Below the pieces are notes generated by a model. The model did no database searches and was not told the origin of the DNA. It saw nothing but the letters and a program-made list of their open reading frames with translations. Both the position numbers and the translations under genes were made by a program. A stretch of DNA of 63,813 bases, counting the filler. It is 8 parts of 8 records of this genome, joined end to end, with 100 filler letters (N's around TTAATTAATTAA, not from the genome) between each part and the next. Parts side by side here need not be neighbours in the genome. Positions count along the whole stretch, not along the records: positions 40,951 to 53,387 come from SRR31147125_34980; 7 more parts are not named here. One strand, written 5' to 3'. This document shows, piece after piece, positions 40,951 to 52,221 of this stretch; within the stretch, counting starts at the first letter, position 1, and every line of letters starts with the position of its first letter.

Positions 40951-43932
40951 ACCAAAATTTATCGTATCGCCAAGCAACACTATTTCACTCGTGAAAATGG
41001 AACTAGCGTGCAGAAGTTCGTAAACCTGGATATGGAGGAGTACCGTGATTTACACATAACCTACGAGGCCTTTATCTCCACTCTCGACCAAGATGAGTTC
41101 TTTGACTATTCTGCCGGTCTCGTCTTGCAGGCCTACCTGCCGGACAGCTTTGCCATGCAGAAAAAGCTCACCGAATGGGCCAAGGCCAGGGTGGCAGACG
41201 GGGGTGCGCCGGTCAAGCTGCGCATCGTCAAGGGCGCCAACCTGGAGATGGAAAAAGTTGAGGCGAGTCTTTTTAATTGGCCTCTGGCGCCTTACGATAA
41301 CAAGCTGGAAGTGGACGCCAATTACAAGCGGATGATAGCGCACGGGATGGAGCCAGACAATATAAAGGCGGTCAACTTAGGAATCGGCTCCCACAACCTC
41401 TTTGAGCTGGCCTATGCCGCGAAACTGGCTGAAGCTAAGAATGTCACTCAGTATTTCTACTTTGAAATGCTGGAGGGAATGGCGGATCACGTGCGCCGGG
41501 CCATTGCTGAGAGTTCCAGTGATATTCTGCTCTATGCCCCGGTGGCATCAAAAGATGAATTCATTAACGCCATCGCCTATCTGATCAGACGTCTGGACGA
41601 GAACACCTCTCCGGAGAACTTTCTGCGCTATTCGCCAGATCTAAGGGTAGAATCCGATGAGTGGGCTTTTCTGAAGCAAACTTTTATTGATTCCTGCACA
41701 ATAATGGAGAAAGCTCAGGACCACCCGAATCGTATCCAGGATCGAACTCGAGAGCATTTTGCGGATACGGTATCCAGCTACCACACGAACAACTTCGTCA
41801 ATGAACCGGATACGGACTGGTCACTTCCTGGCAACCGGCAATGGGCTGAGGAAATTCGAGACAAGTGGCAGTTCGCAAGCGACAGCAAGTCGATGGAGGT
41901 ACCCGTAGTCGTTGCCGGGACCCAGATTTATGCTGATCGGAACATCCGTGAGGTGTACGATTCCAACCAGGGGAACGACACGGTTTGCCTGGCGCACTGC
42001 GCTATGGCAAACAGCGACGACATCGCTCGCGCCATTGCCACGGCGAAGGCCGATCCGGATGGCTGGCGTGAACTGACAGCACGCCAGCGACACAAGGCCA
42101 TCAGCGCAGTAGCCAATGAACTGAGAAAAAGCAGGGGAGACCTTGTCGGCGTCGCAGCTGCCAACACCGGCAAGGTGTTTACCGAAACTGATGTAGAGGT
42201 CTCTGAAGCGATCGATTTTGCAGAACTTTATCCTCTCGCAGCATGTAAATACGGGGAGATCGGAACACTTGAAGCCCGGGGCAAAGGAGTTGGACTGGTA
42301 TTGTCACCTTGGAATTTCCCGGTGGCAATTCCCTGCGGAGGTATCGTTACCGCTTTGGCTGCCGGCAATACCTTGATTTTCAAGCCGGCCTCGGATGCGA
42401 TTGTCACCGCCTGGGAATTGTGCCAGTGTTTCTGGCGAGCCGGCATTTCCCGGAACACTCTCCAGTTTGTGCCCTGTTCAGGCAGTGATGTCGGACCGTT
42501 GCTGACTGGCAGTCCTGACGTGGATTTTATCATCCTGACCGGCGGTACCGATACCGGACTAGATATTCTGCAACAGAGTCCGGGCGTCTACCTGGCAGCC
42601 GAGACAGGTGGCAAAAATGCCACCATCGTTACTGATATGGCTGATCGTGACCAGGCCATCAAAAATGTTGTCTATTCAGCTTTTGGCAATTCCGGTCAAA
42701 AGTGCAGTGCCACTTCGCTGCTTATCCTGAAAACAATATACGACGATCCCCATTTCAAACAGCAGCTGGTGGATGCGGCCAAAAGTATGAAGACCGGTTC
42801 GGCTTGGAATTTCGCCAATAAGCTCGGAACGCTGATTAAGCCGCCGCAAGGCGCTTTACAGCGAGGGCTAACCGAACTTGAGCCGGGTGAGGAGTGGGCA
42901 CTTAAATCAGAGATAGTGGACCGTAACCAATATATGTGGACACCTGGCATCAAGTACAGCGTTCAACGTGGCAGTTATACGCATATGACTGAGTTCTTTG
43001 GGCCGGTACTCGGTGTCATGCGGGCGGAAAACCTTGAACAGGCAATTGAACTTGTAAACCAGACCGGCTACGGTCTGACCAGTGCTATCGAGAGCCTCGA
43101 TGACAGAGAGCAGAAAATATGGAAAGAGCGGGTATTTGCCGGTAACCTCTATATCAACCGGGGGTCAACTGGTGCGATCACCCTGCGGCAGCCATTTGGG
43201 GGGCAGGGAAAGTCGGCGCTGGGCCCCGGCATCAAGGCGGGTTGCTTTGAGTATGTGGCTCAGTTTATGAATTTTACAGAGACTGGCTTGCCGGAGGTTG
43301 GAGCGATTCAGCAGGAGTATCGGTTACTTGAAATTGCAGAGGAATGGCGGCGGCTGATACTTTGGGAAAAGCTTCCCGAATATCGTGAGGACATCAAGAA
43401 AACCGTGCTTGCCATTCGTTCCTACCTGTATTGGTTTGAACAGGTTTTCAGCCGGGAAAGGGACTTTTTCCATTTGCGAGGACAAGACAACTTGCTCCGC
43501 TTCCGTCCCATTGACAATTTACTTATTCGGCTGGACGAGCAGGACAGCCTTTTCGAGACATTGGCCCGGATTGCCGCAGCTAAAGTTTCCGGGTGCACCT
43601 ACCGGCTAAGTGCGCCACCAAACTTGGATAACGAGATCATTGCTTTCCTTGACGGTCGATATGGCCGTCAGTTGCTAGGAGGAGATGAACTCATTTTTCA
43701 ACATGATACCGAGCTCGTCTCGGCACTACCAGGTTTTGCTCGCCTGCGCTATGGCGGACCTGGACGGGTTCCAGAGTCGGTGTTAGCAGCAGCGGCAGAA
43801 ACCGGCCTGTACATATCCCGAACACCGGTTTATATGGAAGGTAGAATAGAATTGCTGCAATATTTCCAGCAGCAATCAGTCTGCTACAATTACCATCGCT
43901 ATGGCAACCTCGGCGATCGCTCATTGGATTAA
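40951..43932 (+). CDS. putA: Bifunctional proline dehydrogenase/P5C dehydrogenase (5'-truncated)
   Basis: NLDMEE, VLQAYL, RIVKGA, SHN, EMLEGM, YLIRRLDEN; SPWNFP, AETGGKN, GQKCSA, EFFGP, QPFGG. Confidence 0.96.
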   Translation, partial: TKIYRIAKQHYFTRENGTSVQKFVNLDMEEYRDLHITYEAFISTLDQDEFFDYSAGLVLQAYLPDSFAMQKKLTEWAKARVADGGAPVKLRIVKGANLEMEKVEASLFNWPLAPYDNKLEVDANYKRMIAHGMEPDNIKAVNLGIGSHNLFELAYAAKLAEAKNVTQYFYFEMLEGMADHVRRAIAESSSDILLYAPVASKDEFINAIAYLIRRLDENTSPENFLRYSPDLRVESDEWAFLKQTFIDSCTIMEKAQDHPNRIQDRTREHFADTVSSYHTNNFVNEPDTDWSLPGNRQWAEEIRDKWQFASDSKSMEVPVVVAGTQIYADRNIREVYDSNQGNDTVCLAHCAMANSDDIARAIATAKADPDGWRELTARQRHKAISAVANELRKSRGDLVGVAAANTGKVFTETDVEVSEAIDFAELYPLAACKYGEIGTLEARGKGVGLVLSPWNFPVAIPCGGIVTALAAGNTLIFKPASDAIVTAWELCQCFWRAGISRNTLQFVPCSGSDVGPLLTGSPDVDFIILTGGTDTGLDILQQSPGVYLAAETGGKNATIVTDMADRDQAIKNVVYSAFGNSGQKCSATSLLILKTIYDDPHFKQQLVDAAKSMKTGSAWNFANKLGTLIKPPQGALQRGLTELEPGEEWALKSEIVDRNQYMWTPGIKYSVQRGSYTHMTEFFGPVLGVMRAENLEQAIELVNQTGYGLTSAIESLDDREQKIWKERVFAGNLYINRGSTGAITLRQPFGGQGKSALGPGIKAGCFEYVAQFMNFTETGLPEVGAIQQEYRLLEIAEEWRRLILWEKLPEYREDIKKTVLAIRSYLYWFEQVFSRERDFFHLRGQDNLLRFRPIDNLLIRLDEQDSLFETLARIAAAKVSGCTYRLSAPPNLDNEIIAFLDGRYGRQLLGGDELIFQHDTELVSALPGFARLRYGGPGRVPESVLAAAAETGLYISRTPVYMEGRIELLQYFQQQSVCYNYHRYGNLGDRSLD

Positions 43933-43936
43933 CCCC

Positions 43937-44946
43937 ATGACAAAGATCAAGGCAGAGTACATCTGGATAGACGGACAAAGCCCCACACCTAAGCTGAGAT
44001 CGAAAACGAAAATCATCGATGGTCCGGTTACTGAGTTATCCCAAATACCGGGTTGGAGTTTTGATGGATCCAGTACTCTACAAGGTAAGGGACATGACAG
44101 TGATAGGGCATTGCAACCTGTAGCTTTTGTTCCTGACCCTATTCGTGGTGGTAAACATATTCTTGTAATGAATGAGGTTCACTATCCAGACGGTACGCAT
44201 CATGAAACCAACAAACGGGTTCATCTAGTCGAAATCTCCATAAAATACAATGATCATGAACCGTGGTTCGGGATTGAGCAAGAGTATACTTTTTTCAGGG
44301 ACGTTCACCTCTTGGCTGGCCCGAAGGAGGGTACCCTGCTCCTCAAGGCCCATTTTATTGTGGTGTAGGCGCCGATGAGGTATTCGGCCGTGACATAGTG
44401 GAAAAACACATGGATGCCTGTCTCTATGCGGGTATAAACATTTCGGGAATTAATGCCGAGGTCATGCCTGGGCAATGGGAATTTCAAATAGGTCCTCTTG
44501 ATCCATTGTCAGTATCAGATCAGTTGTGGATTGCTCGCTGGATTCTCTATCGTATTGCCGAGGACTTTGGGGTCAATGCAACTCTCTACCCCAAACCGGT
44601 GCAAGGCGACTGGAACGGTGCAGGCGCACACACCAACTTCAGCACCAAAAAGATGAGAGAAGAAGGAGGATATGCCTTAGTTGAAGTTGCCTGCAAAAAA
44701 CTTGAAGAAAAGCACAACGAGCATATAGCCGTTTATGGAGCCCATAATGACCTGCGTCTCACCGGCTTCCATGAAACTTGCTCTATTCACGAATTTCGAT
44801 ATGGCGTCGGAGATAGAGGGGCCTCCATCCGGATTCCATTGCCTACGTCCAGAGATGGAAGAGGATACCTCGAGGATCGTCGGCCTGCAGCTAATATGAA
44901 CCCTTATGAAGTATGTGCCATCATGATTGAAACTATCTGTTCATAA
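43937..44946 (+). CDS. glnII: Glutamine synthetase type II (frameshift near 44289-44295)
   Basis: AEYIWIDG...[71 protein letters not shown]; about 336 aa. Confidence 0.92.
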
Positions 44947-45175
44947 CACCCCTTCCTCTGGCGATATTCAGACTATCAAAATTCTATTGGGGGTATATAC
45001 TGATCAGCACATATTGCCATTGGCAAGCTCGAGATTTCATTAGGCATGAAGGTTGTCGCTTCTTCCTGATAGGCTCCCAGGGCATATTCCTGTCCGATTA
45101 GAGAGACTGGAATCGGCACTAGTAACTCTTCAGGGAAACCTGACGGCTTATATCATCATACGCTGGCGGGCACAA

Positions 45176-46531
45176 TCACGCTGTTTTCTGTCTTTTCAAC
45201 AATCGATGGCAGTAGATGGTGATGACGCCCGCGAGTATGAGGAAATAGGCCGGCATCCAGGAAAATGAGCGCTTGAAAGCACCCTCTGCGATGATCTGTT
45301 CCGCGAGATCCGGGTGCGCATTGCCCAGTTCGCCCCGCAGGTGCGTGATCAGCAGCGCAAAGAGTATTCCGATGATCCCGTAGGCCAGGTTGAAGGCGAG
45401 GCCTTTGAAGCTCAACACTGTGGCCCGTTGCTCAGAGGACGTGATTGTGTTCAGGTAGTGGCTGGTGAAGAAGCCGGTGAGCATCAGCCCGATCAGCACC
45501 GTTGCCATCGGGATGAGTCCCGCATAGGGAACAAACGGAACCAGCCCGAGCAGGGTCAACAGCGTCAGCAGCCCGAGCCAGGCTGCGTTCTGTGCCGGCC
45601 GGAAACGACCGACCATGTACTCGGCGAGTTTAGGGACGAGCAAGCCCAGGAGTGTGAAGCAGGCCATGATGAAGCCGAAGCTCGCTTCAGGCAGCGATAT
45701 CTGGCGGAAATACTGGCTGGTCAACGTGATGATCAGGCGCAGAATGTGGTCGTACAGCATGCCGAACAGAATGATCGACAGGGCCAGGGGGGTGTTCAGT
45801 ATCCACTTCCCGGCGGCCAGGGTCAGCTTGCTCGCGTCGTAGATGGTTCTTAGCGATACGTCCTCGCGTGCACGCTCCGCCTGCCCCCCGACCTCCCGGA
45901 ACCGGTTCACGCACCAGAACGCTCCGAATGCGAGAAGCAGCGTTAGAAATACCGGATACCGCATGGACTGCTGCTGGGTTACCTGTCCGGCTCCCCCGAA
46001 CCACGCCATGACGCGGTTGACCATGGCCGGATCGTAGACCAGCGCTCCGAGGCTTGTCGATATGACACTGGCCATGGAGGACACCCGCATCTGCACGCTC
46101 AGGACCCGCGGCCACTGATCCTGGAGCCCCTTCTCGACCAGGGAGTCGTAAGCGATGGCTTCATCGGCGCCGCTGGCCATCGCCTCCGCTAACCCGCTCA
46201 GAATCCGGTTGATCAGGAAGGCCCAGAATACGAAGTTGATGTTGGCCACCGGGACGAACGCGATGACACTCAGCTCGACGATCATTAACACGGCGGTGAT
46301 CACCAGCAGCAGCTTCCGCCCGAGAAGGTCTGCCAGGGCTCCGGACGGAACCTCGGTGCAGACGATGGTGATCGCCCAGACGGTGTTCAGGATGGAGAAT
46401 TGCTCGATCGTCAACCCGTAGTCGAGAAAGAGGATCGTGAAGACCGGGTAGTAGAAGCGGGCGTTGAAAAACACGCGGAACGCAATGAACAGGCGGATAT
46501 TGCTGATCGTAAAGGGGGACGCAGGTTTCAC
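45176..46531 (-). CDS. MFS transporter
   Basis: EVPSGALADLLGRK, SGADEAIAYDSL, RATVLSF; about 12 TM helices. Confidence 0.9.
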   Translation of the reverse strand: MKPASPFTISNIRLFIAFRVFFNARFYYPVFTILFLDYGLTIEQFSILNTVWAITIVCTEVPSGALADLLGRKLLLVITAVLMIVELSVIAFVPVANINFVFWAFLINRILSGLAEAMASGADEAIAYDSLVEKGLQDQWPRVLSVQMRVSSMASVISTSLGALVYDPAMVNRVMAWFGGAGQVTQQQSMRYPVFLTLLLAFGAFWCVNRFREVGGQAERAREDVSLRTIYDASKLTLAAGKWILNTPLALSIILFGMLYDHILRLIITLTSQYFRQISLPEASFGFIMACFTLLGLLVPKLAEYMVGRFRPAQNAAWLGLLTLLTLLGLVPFVPYAGLIPMATVLIGLMLTGFFTSHYLNTITSSEQRATVLSFKGLAFNLAYGIIGILFALLITHLRGELGNAHPDLAEQIIAEGAFKRSFSWMPAYFLILAGVITIYCHRLLKRQKTA

Positions 46532-46533
46532 TG

Positions 46534-47457
46534 TTAGACGTGCCGGGGACTATGAGGGTTCAGGCGATTCTCGAGGTGGTTCACGAACAGCGAAAGGCTC
46601 AGGCAGATTACCAGATACATCATCGTGATGGTGAGCCATACCTCGATGGTCACCTGTGTCGAAGACATGACCTGCATGCCCTGGAAGGTCAGCTCCTGGA
46701 TCGAGATGATTGATACGATGGACGAGTATTTGATCGTGTTTATGAATTCGTTGGCCAGCGGTGGCAGCATGATGCGCAGTGCCTGCGGCAGGACTACCAG
46801 CCGCAGCTGCAGAGGATAGGTGAGGCCCAGGGCCCTGGATGCATCCCACTGCCCCTCGGGTATCGCCTCAATGCCCGCCCTGACGATCTCCGTTATATAG
46901 GCGCTCTGGAATATACCGATGGTGATCACCCCGGACAGAAATGGGACGAACAGCTCCGGTGTGGTCGCGAAAATAGACAGCCAGCGGGCGCCTTCCGGCG
47001 AGAGGCCGCGGACCAGGTTGTCCGCCCCGATGGCCGGAAGCAGCTGATCACTGACGAAGAAATAAAAGATGAAGATGAGGACGAGCGGCGGCGTGTTGCG
47101 GATCAGCTCGACGTAGGTGCGCGAACTGAGCTTGAAGAACAGCCTGCCGGACACCCGGACGATTCCCATTATCAGGCCGAGGATGCCGGCCAGCAGCATA
47201 CCCCAGATGCTCAGCTTGATGGTGGTGAACAACCCTTTGAGCAGGATGTTCGGGACCCATCTGCCGGCCTCTTCATCGAAGCGTACCAGGTAGGTGGGTA
47301 TGATCGACCAGTTCCAGTTGTAGTTGAGTGCGAAGAACAACCGGTAGAAGACGAACGCGAGGAAGCCGAATACCGCTCCTGCCAGGATCAGGTTGAGCCA
47401 GAAGCGGTATACCGGCGGCGTGGTCATAGTCGGTGATGCCGGAAGCGGCGCATGCAC
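46534..47457 (-). CDS. Polar amino acid ABC permease
   Basis: YVELIRNTP, AYITEIVRAGI...GQWDASRALG, LPQA; start codon uncertain. Confidence 0.92.
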   Translation of the reverse strand: MHAPLPASPTMTTPPVYRFWLNLILAGAVFGFLAFVFYRLFFALNYNWNWSIIPTYLVRFDEEAGRWVPNILLKGLFTTIKLSIWGMLLAGILGLIMGIVRVSGRLFFKLSSRTYVELIRNTPPLVLIFIFYFFVSDQLLPAIGADNLVRGLSPEGARWLSIFATTPELFVPFLSGVITIGIFQSAYITEIVRAGIEAIPEGQWDASRALGLTYPLQLRLVVLPQALRIMLPPLANEFINTIKYSSIVSIISIQELTFQGMQVMSSTQVTIEVWLTITMMYLVICLSLSLFVNHLENRLNPHSPRHV

Positions 47458-47482
47458 GTGGAACGCTTCCGGCTCGTTGCAC

Positions 47483-48312
47483 TTATTCTACCTGGTCGGC
47501 CCAGTCACGGGTTTCAAACCAGTAGTCGTGACGCTCCTGGAGCCATCCCTCCATCGATACACCGGTAATCCACGAGTTGAAGAATGCGAGTGCATCCGGA
47601 TCGCCCTTGCGGAGCGCGAAGCCGATGGGCTCCTTCGTGAAGGTGCCTTTGAGCGGCAGAAAGAGGCTGTCCTTGTATTGAAGTGCCTCGAACGCGGGCC
47701 GAGGGCGGACCCGATAACCGCGTGGACCTTGCCGTTTCTCAACTCCTGGTAGGTCTGGGTCTCGTTCTCAAACATGCGCAGGGTCGCGTTCGGCAGATAT
47801 TTCTTGGCGGCGATGGCTGCCGTCGTTCCCAGCTTTACCGCAACCTGCACCTCTTTATTATTGAAATCGTCAAGAGATGAGAAACCGGCTGCCAGCTCTT
47901 GGTGAGCGACAATCGACATGCCGGAGTAATCGTAGGGCTGGGAAAAGTTTACTTTCAACGCCCGCTTCGGCAGGATGCCCATACCACCGATGATGACGTC
48001 GAACTTCCCGGTCAACAGCGCAGGAATGATGCCGGACCATGCGGTCGGTACGAACTCGATTTTGACGTCCATATCCTCGGCGAGCCGCCGGGCAACGTCA
48101 ATCTCAAAGCCGATGAACTCACCGTTCTTGTCCTTCATCGCCCACGGTTGGAACGTGTCCATGCCGACCCGCAGCACCCCGCGTTTCTGAATCGTTTCGA
48201 TGACGCTGCTTTTCACGATATCCTGCTGGATAGAGGCGCTGAACCCGGATGGTGCGACGAACAGCAGGACGGCAACTGCAATCAGGAGACTATTTGTCAG
48301 TCTGTGTTTCAT
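47483..48312 (-). CDS. Polar amino acid ABC substrate-binding protein (frameshift near 47700-47706)
   Basis: GVLRVG, GFEIDVA, IPALLTGKFDVIIGGM; one extra C restores …RKGDPD…HDYWFETRDWADQVE*. Confidence 0.9.
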
Positions 48313-48360
48313 TACGATTCCTCTCATATGTTTTAGGACCCTCCGCTGGATAGAGGGATG

Positions 48361-49182
48361 TCAGTATGGTTTGAGACGTTTTTCGAGATATGCCACAAAA
48401 AAAGACAGCGTAACTGTAATCACCAGGTATAAAATGGCAACGGTGAACCAGATCTCGAACGTGAGAAATGTTTCTGATATCAATGCTTGAGCCTGCATGG
48501 TCAGATCGTAGATGGCGATGGTTGACACCAGTGCAGAATCCTTGATCAGGGAGATCGCCTGGCTGGTCAGCGGGGGCAGGGTGGTACGGATGGCCTGGGG
48601 CAGGACGATAAGTCTGAAGATATGGAAACGGCTGAGCCCGAGACTGGCGGCGGCCTCGATCTGGCCCCTGTCGACCGACAGGATACCTGAGCGGAGGATC
48701 TCGGAGGCATAGGCCCCCTCGAACAGGCTCAATGCGAGAATTGCCGCCGGAAAGCGGTCGATGCCGAGCACCGGACCGAGCACGAAGTAGATGAAGAAGA
48801 TCTGGATGAGCAGCGGCGTGTTGCGGACGGTCTCCAGGTAGCCGCGGGCGATGAATGTGCCCATCGCCAGGTCCGACAGCCTCAGCAGGGCGGTTACCAG
48901 GCCGATCAGAAACGCGAAGACGAGGCTGATCGCGGAAATTTTCAGGGTCACGCCAAGTCCGAGCAGCAGCGGCCCTGCCTGCAGCCCGTCGTCGACGCTT
49001 TTCAGGATGAGCGGCGGGATCTTGTACCACTGCCAGTTGTAGCCAAGGTTGGCCTCCCCGCGTGAGAACAGAAAGCCGATGATGAGCAGCAGCAGGAGAA
49101 ACTGGACGATATCGGCAAAGGGAGAGCGGAACAGTCCCCGGCTTGAAGGGCGACCAGGTTTCAAACCGGCCGATTCGCTCAT
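48361..49182 (-). CDS. Polar amino acid ABC permease
   Basis: RNTPLLIQ, AYASEILRSG..GQIEAAASLG, LIKDSALVS. Confidence 0.93.
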   Translation of the reverse strand: MSESAGLKPGRPSSRGLFRSPFADIVQFLLLLLIIGFLFSRGEANLGYNWQWYKIPPLILKSVDDGLQAGPLLLGLGVTLKISAISLVFAFLIGLVTALLRLSDLAMGTFIARGYLETVRNTPLLIQIFFIYFVLGPVLGIDRFPAAILALSLFEGAYASEILRSGILSVDRGQIEAAASLGLSRFHIFRLIVLPQAIRTTLPPLTSQAISLIKDSALVSTIAIYDLTMQAQALISETFLTFEIWFTVAILYLVITVTLSFFVAYLEKRLKPY

Positions 49183-50708
49183 TTCTTCTTGTCTTCGGCG
49201 TACATTTCCTTCACCATATTGGTCAGACTGCGGAAATCGAGCTTGCCGCTGCCCATTTTCGGCACATCCTCGATGACCAGAAACTGCTTCGGCATTGCGA
49301 TCTTGGGCAGCTGTTCAGCCATCTGTTTGAGGACCGGCTTCTGCTCGATCTCCTCGGTGGTCACAGCTACGATGCGCGCACCCTTGGTCGAATCGGGAAT
49401 CTCGACCACGCAGCACTGCACGTCTTCGGGCAGCAGCTTCTCGAGAACCGTCTCGATTTTCACCAGCGACACCATCTCGCCGCCGATCTTCACGAACCGC
49501 TTTACCCGGCCGACGTGCCACAGGTACCCGTCCTCGTCGAGATTGCCCATATCGCCGGTGTCGTACCAGCCGCCCCTGATATGCAGGGAGGTCTGCTCGA
49601 AGTCGTCGTAGTAGCCCATCATCACGTTGTCGCCTTTCACGAGGATCCTGCCGTCCTCGTCCGGCGCACACTCTTCACCGGTTTCGTAATTCTCGATGCG
49701 GACAAGGACGCCCGGAATCGGTTTGCCGACACTGCCGGGCCGGTTGAGGTCGGGGACGTTGGTTGAAATGACCGGGGAGGTTTCGGTTGCTCCGTACCCT
49801 TCCAGCAACGTCATGCTGTGCTTCTCCCGGAATGCTTCGCGCAGCGGCTCCGGGCACTTATCCGCCCCGACGAGTGCAATGCGCAGGGAATCGAAGTCAC
49901 CCGTTTCCGACTTGCGCAGGTACCCCCAGAAAAAGGCCGGTGTGCCGATCAAAAGGGTCGCATCATTGTCGCGCACTATTTCACAGATCGTGCGGTAGTC
50001 GAGCGGGTTTGCGTAGGTCAGGATACGTGCCCCGTGAAAGATCGGTATCCAGAAATTGACGGTCAGGCCGAACACGTGGAAGTAGGGCAGCGTTGACATG
50101 AACACGTCATCGGAACTGAATGCGAAGGCCTCCGAACAGGAAGCGATATTGGCCAGGATGTTCTTGTGGCTCAGCTGTACCGCCTTGGGGTCTTTCTCGC
50201 TCCCGCTGGTAAACAGGATAACGGCGACGTCATCCTCCTTTGGCGTATGTACGATGGATTTGATCATCGTAGCCGGCAGTTTGGAGATCAGGGCCGCACG
50301 GGCCTTCTGCAGCCCGGTCAATGATTCCATGATGTCTTCGATGTAGACCATGCCCTCCACGTACGGGCACTCGATTTTTTCGAGCAGCGCCTTGGACGTG
50401 ATGATGGTCGTGAAGCCGCACTTTTTCTGTGCGTAGAGGGCGTTCTTGTCCGCACCGGTTGAGTAGTTGATCATCACCGGCGTCCGGCCGCTCATCAGCG
50501 CGCCGATCTTGGCCAGGATGCAGCCCGCCGATGTGGGCAGCATGATGCCGATGAAGCCGCGATCATACTTCTTGAATACCGACCCGAGCAGAATCGATGC
50601 GAGAAGCGTTCTGCTGTAGGTCAAGTCCCGGTGGGTGGTGAAGTCGTTGATTGCGATCTTCTCGCCGAACTTCTTCGCGACGTCAATAAAATGGTGGTGG
50701 AGCAGCAC
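49179..50708 (-). CDS. AMP-binding enzyme, Aas acyl-ACP-synthetase-like, stand-alone
   Basis: FTSGSEKDPK, EGYGATETSP, WYDTGD, KRFVKIGGEMVSL, GSGKLD. Confidence 0.88.
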   Translation of the reverse strand: MLLHHHFIDVAKKFGEKIAINDFTTHRDLTYSRTLLASILLGSVFKKYDRGFIGIMLPTSAGCILAKIGALMSGRTPVMINYSTGADKNALYAQKKCGFTTIITSKALLEKIECPYVEGMVYIEDIMESLTGLQKARAALISKLPATMIKSIVHTPKEDDVAVILFTSGSEKDPKAVQLSHKNILANIASCSEAFAFSSDDVFMSTLPYFHVFGLTVNFWIPIFHGARILTYANPLDYRTICEIVRDNDATLLIGTPAFFWGYLRKSETGDFDSLRIALVGADKCPEPLREAFREKHSMTLLEGYGATETSPVISTNVPDLNRPGSVGKPIPGVLVRIENYETGEECAPDEDGRILVKGDNVMMGYYDDFEQTSLHIRGGWYDTGDMGNLDEDGYLWHVGRVKRFVKIGGEMVSLVKIETVLEKLLPEDVQCCVVEIPDSTKGARIVAVTTEEIEQKPVLKQMAEQLPKIAMPKQFLVIEDVPKMGSGKLDFRSLTNMVKEMYAEDKKK

Positions 50709-50722
50709 GATGATCCCCTCCG

Positions 50723-52216
50723 CTATTTTTTCTTTTTCCCCGGTCCGGTCAGGTGGACCGGTCCGTCGATTTGCATCTTCTCTTCCAGCAGCTTGTACGC
50801 AACGTAATATTTCATGATATTGCTGACATACTGAACCGTTTCCCTGCCGATTCGCTTGGCGGCGACCACTTCGACATTTCTGAACCAGACATTGGGGTCC
50901 AGTCCCATCTCGGCCGCTTCCTTGCGGAGTTTGGCCACCCTCGCCGGTCCGGCGTTATACGACGCGAACGAGAACAGGGCCTTGTTGAGGGTGTCGAGGT
51001 TAGGGTCCTCGCTGAAATAGTTGTTGGCCATGAAGCGCAGGTATTTAGTCCCCGCGTGGATATTGGGGTCGAGCTCTCCTATATCGGGAATTCCGACGTT
51101 CTTGTCTTTGGCGGTGGAAGGCAGGATCTGCATGACGCCGACGGCTCCTGCGCTGCTCTTGAGCTCCTGGTTGAGTCTGGACTCCTGGTAGGCGAGCGCG
51201 GCAAGCATCAGGTGGTCGAATTCGTACTGCCCACCGTATTTTTTAAAGAAATTTACCGTGAGCTTGAAGCGCTGGAGGTGCTCGTTGTAGATATCGTCGT
51301 TTATGTAGGACGCGTCCTTGAGATATTTCTTGATCATGATGTTGCCGAGCAGGGTTCCCTGCTTGTGGTCGGCTACGAATTCATTCACATATTTTGCGAG
51401 GCCGGGGGTGTTGTCCCGCATCGCCCAGGCGATTTTACCTCCGGTCCTGAATTTGATCTCGGGGTAGAGCTTGATTTTGTCGAAGACCTGGGCCCAGAAC
51501 TCGCCCTTGTGGCTGTCGATCACGATGTAGTCGATCAGGCCCGAGTTGACCATTTCCAGCAAATCTTCATCTTCGAGATTCTCGTCCGCGTCGACAATCT
51601 GTACTTCCTTCTTGTCCATCGAGCGCAGGGTCTCGTTGAAGGTTACCAGGCTCGTGTGGTAGCTGCTCGATTTCCTTACGTGGACCTTTTTCCCCGCCAT
51701 GTCGAACATGGAATTCACCGGTTCGGCGCCGGCCGATGAAACCAGGATCTCGTCGATATTTTTCGCCATTGGGTCCGAAAAGGCGACATGCTGGAGACGC
51801 TCTTCCGTAATGGTCAGGTTGCCCACCGCAATATCACCCTTGCCCTCGGCGAGGTGCGGAATGAGGTCCTTGCGTGCGGTCGGGATCACGATGACGTAGA
51901 GCTTCAGGGTTTTCGTGTTGAACTTTTCATTGATGAACTTCTCAAACTCCATGACCAGGTCATAGCTTGCTCCCCTGGGGTGGGCACCGTCGAAGAAGAA
52001 GAAGGTCTTGGAATAGGGCATCAGCACTCTGACGAGACGCCTCTCGGCCATCTTGTCGATATCGCCCGTGAACACTTTACTTGCAAGGCCGGAAGGCAAT
52101 TCGTTGCCTTCTAGGGCTGCGGCCGTTCGGGTGAGCGGGCTCGCCCCGAGCAGCAGGGTGGCAACGATCAACAGCCACATCGTATGGGAAGTGATTTTGT
52201 GTAATGTTGTCTGCAC
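50723..52216 (-). CDS. MltF-like SBP plus lytic transglycosylase (SLT) protein
   Basis: N-terminal SBP_bac_3-like domain; AYQESRL, GVMQI, SYNAGP, ETVQYV. Confidence 0.9.
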   Translation of the reverse strand: MQTTLHKITSHTMWLLIVATLLLGASPLTRTAAALEGNELPSGLASKVFTGDIDKMAERRLVRVLMPYSKTFFFFDGAHPRGASYDLVMEFEKFINEKFNTKTLKLYVIVIPTARKDLIPHLAEGKGDIAVGNLTITEERLQHVAFSDPMAKNIDEILVSSAGAEPVNSMFDMAGKKVHVRKSSSYHTSLVTFNETLRSMDKKEVQIVDADENLEDEDLLEMVNSGLIDYIVIDSHKGEFWAQVFDKIKLYPEIKFRTGGKIAWAMRDNTPGLAKYVNEFVADHKQGTLLGNIMIKKYLKDASYINDDIYNEHLQRFKLTVNFFKKYGGQYEFDHLMLAALAYQESRLNQELKSSAGAVGVMQILPSTAKDKNVGIPDIGELDPNIHAGTKYLRFMANNYFSEDPNLDTLNKALFSFASYNAGPARVAKLRKEAAEMGLDPNVWFRNVEVVAAKRIGRETVQYVSNIMKYYVAYKLLEEKMQIDGPVHLTGPGKKKK

Positions 52217-52221
52217 GGTTG

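Noticed and set aside
50753..51739. Long antisense ORFs (for example 50753..51739, 56284..57156, 4263..5081, 62173..62835, 2198..2812)
   Set aside because: Opposite-strand shadows of well-supported GC-rich genes, with no motifs of their own
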